Assembly: GCA_036172245.1 (NCBI GenBank)
Contig: JAYWIR010000002.1
Coordinates: 2,418,001 to 2,482,000, forward strand
DNA from: Raillietiella orientalis
Taxonomy: Eukaryota
DNA: 64,000 nucleotides
Direction of reading: 5' to 3'
The notes under the pieces are model-generated. The model saw nothing but the letters and a program-made list of their open reading frames with translations. It was not told the origin of the DNA and made no database searches. Shown in pieces: positions 59,165 through 64,000 of the stretch (positions within the stretch are counted from its first letter, which is position 1; every line of letters begins with the position of its first letter). The translations under genes were made by a program, and so were the position numbers.

Positions 59165-62100
59165 ATTGCATGCAATGTTAAAACCTTAATTTTTTTTTTC
59201 CCCATTTTGGTGCATAAGAACTACCGAGACTAATCACATGGAAAATTTGACGTGCACTTTATCTTAATATAAAATTGATGAGATTCGAAGACTGTTTTAT
59301 TCACTGCATCATTTCTGAGTAATGATGTTGCAGTTGGAACTACTGCTCTGCTAGAGATTTCAAAGTTCTGCCCAACTGTGAAAGCCAAATTTGTTTCGAT
59401 CCTATTTAGGTCAGATTGTAAATGAGTTTTTAAGCCTTCGCTGGACCTTCTTTTCGTGTTATCGGTCACGAATACATCTTGCGAAAGAGCAAAGAATCTC
59501 GGATTTTGCTTGTTGATGTCTTAGTGATGTCGCTTCCATATCGTTTTCGTTACTTTGTGCTTAACGTCGGTATGTGTTTAACATTCCTATGTCGACATGT
59601 TAATACTCATCAATCATATGATGAACTGCTTTGCCTAATTAAACTGTTTCGTATTCGCAAGTGTAATGATAACGTGAAATGCAACTTCCTGTTACGAGGG
59701 GAAAAGTCCCGTGTGCTGCCCGTGAACAAATCTGCTATTCCGTCAATAGTTAGCAAGTCGGTGAAGACAAGATGTACCCGGAGAGCAGACCCGTTTTCTA
59801 CAGATCTCCCGTTAGTTGCTTCACCCTTGATTTTTGACAAGTCAGCAGACATCCAAGTCTGTTCGTTTGAAGAATATTCCTACAAAGGAATTCCGCTTCA
59901 CATTCTTAATATGATGGGAACCATTTCCTCTTCATGCTTCCTTCAAACAGTCGAAACATTTTTTTTTTCCTCGCAATCCTCCGATCTTCTCTTTCCCAAT
60001 ATCCTAGTGTTAAACTCAACGATCCTTTTTAAGAAGAATTGGGCATTCATGCAGCTATCGAAAATGAATCATATATAAAGCAGGAAGACTCCTCTGTCGA
60101 CTCAAAAGAAAGGCTTCTTCACATTAAAAGGCTTGATGTTGGTCTCAAAGCAGGCAAACCCCTGATTCCAGAGTGGAACGTTTTCACAGCATCCCATAAA
60201 CCAGATTATCAAGGATGAAGCTCATGACGGGGAAATATAATGGAAACCACAAGATTCAACCTTTCGAACGGTCGATTTCCGGGAGAATCGAAAAATTTCT
60301 CGTGTTCCCTCCAGTGTAGTCAACATGCGTGCACAGTGTATACACAAGCACTTGACATGTATCTATGGGCAGCATGATCAAACTGACGAACCAACATCTT
60401 AAGCCAACATCAACATGTGGAGGATTTAGCAAGTGAAGTTCGAAATGTCCACTGATGAGCTCAGTCGAATCCCCGCAGGAAGGAGATCCAGATGAAAAAA
60501 ATACGTGGCTTATCACATATCGAAAAGCCAGTCTGCTTGGATGAGCCTTCCAGCGGATAATTGGTTTGAGAGTTTGCTGTAATCGGTAAGCTGACATAAA
60601 GTGCTTCGAAAAGGAAAGACATCGAAACATACAACTGAATCAAAATTCTTATTCTGAATTCCTTGAGAATCTGAAGAAGGCACATGGGTAAGGGATAATA
60701 CATTCAAACCGATTTTTCATTTTCCTTCAACGAAGAAAACATTCCCTCAGCTTAAATGTTGTCCTCCCGAGCACTTTTGCTGACCTCCGTGTATTCCCAG
60801 CTCCAACTCCAGCATTTCAATCTCCCAAACTATTTGCCAGAGTTTCCTGATGATAGATAAGACTATGGTCAACGAAGGCTTTTTGAAGGATACGGAATGA
60901 AAAAGATCGAATCAATTATTTTTGCAGAAACATCATGACTCGAGTGGATATCTCGAAGAAATCCAATCATCATGTGGAATTCTCAAACCCCACTTGGATA
61001 TCATTCTACTCCGCGCAGCATTCATTCAAGCGTAAGATCAGAAAATAAGCTACAAGGCATCTTTTCTGCCTTGTTCGGTACGAATCGAATCCCCCTGATC
61101 CCCAAGGGATTCAGCCACCCCTTGAAACTCAGAACACAGGAATCCTAGATGCAGATCAAAGAACTAATCGCAAGCCTCAAATCAAAGAAATAGATTTGGG
61201 GTTGAGTATTGGATGAAGGACCGGAGCTGCTTTCCGTTAGATACAGATGACGGACACTTACAGAATACAAGAGTGATATAATGAGCAAATCAGTGGCTAA
61301 TTACTTCGGAGGGAATGCTGCCTGAGATGTCTAGCTGATATCGAGACCACTAGCTGCAAGCACTGGAATCCCTACGAGAAATGAGCGCATCCGTAAACGT
61401 TAGAAAAACGAACATTCCAGTTTCTGAAACCAGAATTATTGTCCATTTCAAACAGAATAGGATTCATCATCCGGATGGCTGTTTAATCAAGTGAAGAAGT
61501 CACTTCCATCTATCCTCTGGATGAGAACACGAGGGGATCGTTCAAAACCTCAGTAACAGGAGCAACAGCTCTCAGCTCCTGCTTCGAAAAATAGAAAGGC
61601 AAACCACAAGCTACGTTCAGTGAGAACCTGAGAACCTTCAGCGTTTGTTAAAATCCTGGATCTTTTAGTAAGCAACCAAGAAAAGCGGAAAGGGGAGTTC
61701 ATGGATGAATGTATCCATCAGATGAATGTTTTGAGCGGAAGAAAGATTTCCGGAAGATTCTTACATACAGCTGCCTAGTAAATGTAAAATGTATCTGCGG
61801 AACACATGGAAACGTCTGAAGCTGTCTTATTTAGACAAGCTAAATTCCGTGCTCCAGATCAGGTGGAACGTGCAAGCTGCAGTAGCACTCAATAGAATGC
61901 GTTTAGTATATATTCCGTTGATTTCCGTTGATGAGGTCAAAACTGATATGGCTACTAATTGGCTTTCTAGCGTGACCAGCAAGAGGAGTTTTTAGCATTC
62001 ACCTGTCACACACATGTTGTAATCAGCACACATACGATTAATAATCGAATTCATCGATTTGCCCCTAAGCCCTTGGCTCAAAATGAAGCCATTGAGCTGG

Positions 62101-63269
62101 GGATCTCAAAGAATTTTCAATGCTATAGCTGCCTCAACTGCACTGAGAAAAGGGGGAAAAAAAATTGCCTTTTCTCACAGTCGTGAACCGAAATGCCCAT
62201 CAACGTAAACAAAAAGGAGGGGAAAAATTATTCTCACTATGATACTGCTATCAACGAAGATACCATCTTGAACATACAGACTTCAACTGGTGAAACCCTG
62301 CAAATGCACTTCCCGATGTGTAAGCGCATCCGGATATAAAGGATGTGTATTTAACTTAATAATATAACACAGCAGTGTGAATGTTATGCATGATTATGGC
62401 TCACGTGAGGTAATAATTTTTGTATATCCTAAGATCACTGAATAAATTTTACTCCTGTTTACGGAGACTGCACTCTAGATAGAAGAACAGTTGGGACAAC
62501 GAGTGTACCGCGTGGAATGGTCGGAGAAGACCAACCTCGATGGTCAGCTTCGATGGTTCCTTGGTACGGCGACAAAACTCGACGTGCTGAAGGAACAGCG
62601 CCCAGAGGGATCGCGAGTTTCACTTTTAGGAACACCCAAAGGGGTGACCGGATCGAGATAACACTGCGCGATAACTCACCAGTTTAAGGACAAGGAGAAC
62701 TGTGAGGGTGCACTGTGCTGCGCCGTCTCCACTGCCCTACGGACTGGCTTTGGCCTTGCCAAATTCCCCTCTGTTTGGTCCAATGAACGCGGAAGTTGGC
62801 AGTCGAATCATGAACTGTGAAATGATCATCCCTTCATCGAGGTAGTGTCCTGACCGAAACCATGAAGACGATGAGCAATCCCTCTCTCGCTTCCTTCCGC
62901 TCACCCCCAAACTTTCAGCAAACGTGAGCGAAGGTGATGCCGAGGTCATTGGGGAGGGGAAGGCATGTTTTCCATTAGGCTCCAGAGGGATTTTTCCAGT
63001 AAAAGAAGTACACTATATTTTCAGGGAGAACGAAGATCAAGATCACGTGGACAGATGGTGTCTGTACACAAAATGTTTCTACACTACTACACTCATCTAA
63101 ACACAGATCACCAAGTCATCTCTGCAAAGTTGATGTCCTGCTTCTTTTAATCACCATAGCAATATTTTGGTGACAGATCGAGAAGGGTTAGCTTTGGCTG
63201 GAAGTAGAGGGAAGACGAGAAGCATCGGTTTATCTCTTCCACGAGAATTTCGGAGCTGGGAGCTTTGTA

Positions 63270-63913
63270 CGAGGTGCATTTCAAAAGAGCCGATCGAATT
63301 TTTCAGCCGAAAGATTTGACTTTCTGAATAGTCTGGAATGCCGCGCAGACAGCAGTGTGCGGGACCAAGAGGGTGAGCTTTCGGTGGACTCTGTGGAGCC
63401 TGGAACAACCATCACTTCGCAAGTCCACTGTCGAACACTTGCAACACCGCGGCGTGCCATTCGGAACCGACGAAGTGGAATGCTGAGATCAGGACTTGTT
63501 CTCCACGACAACGTCCTCCCTCCCCCTCCCCCCATACACTGCTGTCCAGACAATTCAGAAATTCAAGTGAGAACTTTTTGATCACCCACAAACTCACCTT
63601 ACAGGCGTGATGTCGCGTCCAGTGACTACCACGGCTTCCTTCCTGCACCTCAAGAAGCGGCTCAACGACCCTAAGGGGAAAGTGAGTGGGAAGCTGCAGT
63701 GCTGCTGAACTGGCTGGACTCCCAGGCGGCGGAATTTCATGCAGAGGGTTTCAAAAGCTTCTTGCACGGTGTCGCAAGTGTTTGGAAAAAAACGGTGACC
63801 ACATAGAAGAATGACGTGGGGATGTACGTGTCCAGAACCACAAACACATTTTTGTTTCTCATATCTGTTCTTTCTTTGTATCCGATCGGCTCTTACTTTT
63901 GAAATGTACCTCG
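63270..63913 (+). mobile_element. Internally deleted mariner (Tc1/mariner) element with TIRs and TA target duplication
   Basis: TA|cgaggtgcatttcaaaag..agccgatcg ... cgatcggctcttacttttgaaatgtacctcg|TA; internal VDSVEPGTTITSQVHCRTL..RRAIRNRRSGML.SGLVLHDN resembles the mariner catalytic domain (LHDNARPH); frameshifted. Confidence 0.9.
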
Positions 63914-64000
63914 TATTTTTTGTCAGGGTGACAGATCGGATCGCGGAAGATGACTGCTCGACGCTGCTGGCCCACCAGCCGAGGGGTATCCTTCTTACTT

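Noticed and set aside
60451..60485. Hammerhead ribozyme core CTGATGA (also ~10271, ~15205, ~50136)
   Set aside because: No properly placed stem II plus GAAA and closing stems
59230..61800. ORFs 59479..60078 and neighbours; possible old retroelement
   Set aside because: No convincing conserved motif; many stops in all frames

Overview
Eukaryotic (invertebrate metazoan-like) genomic DNA in two compartments. About 1-47.3 kb is mostly GC-rich and repeat-laden. It holds a near-perfect ~880-bp inverted duplication (4346-6860) and about 7 copies or fragments of a tRNA-headed SINE-like family whose tail carries a ~40-bp tandem repeat/spacer array. It also holds many 5'-truncated L1/Tx1-like LINE ends sharing a terminal hairpin, three intron-containing orphan coiled-coil genes, and a divergent OGFr_N-like gene directly followed by a Ulp1/C48 protease exon. 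From ~52 kb the DNA is AT-rich and carries two conserved housekeeping genes with very short introns: the AP-1/AP-2 beta-adaptin and pelota, only ~240 bp apart on the same strand (operon-like). An internally deleted mariner element with intact TIRs and TA duplication lies at the end. Most long ORFs in the GC-rich part of the ORF track are compositional artefacts. All homology calls are by eye and from recalled family motifs; no database search was run.
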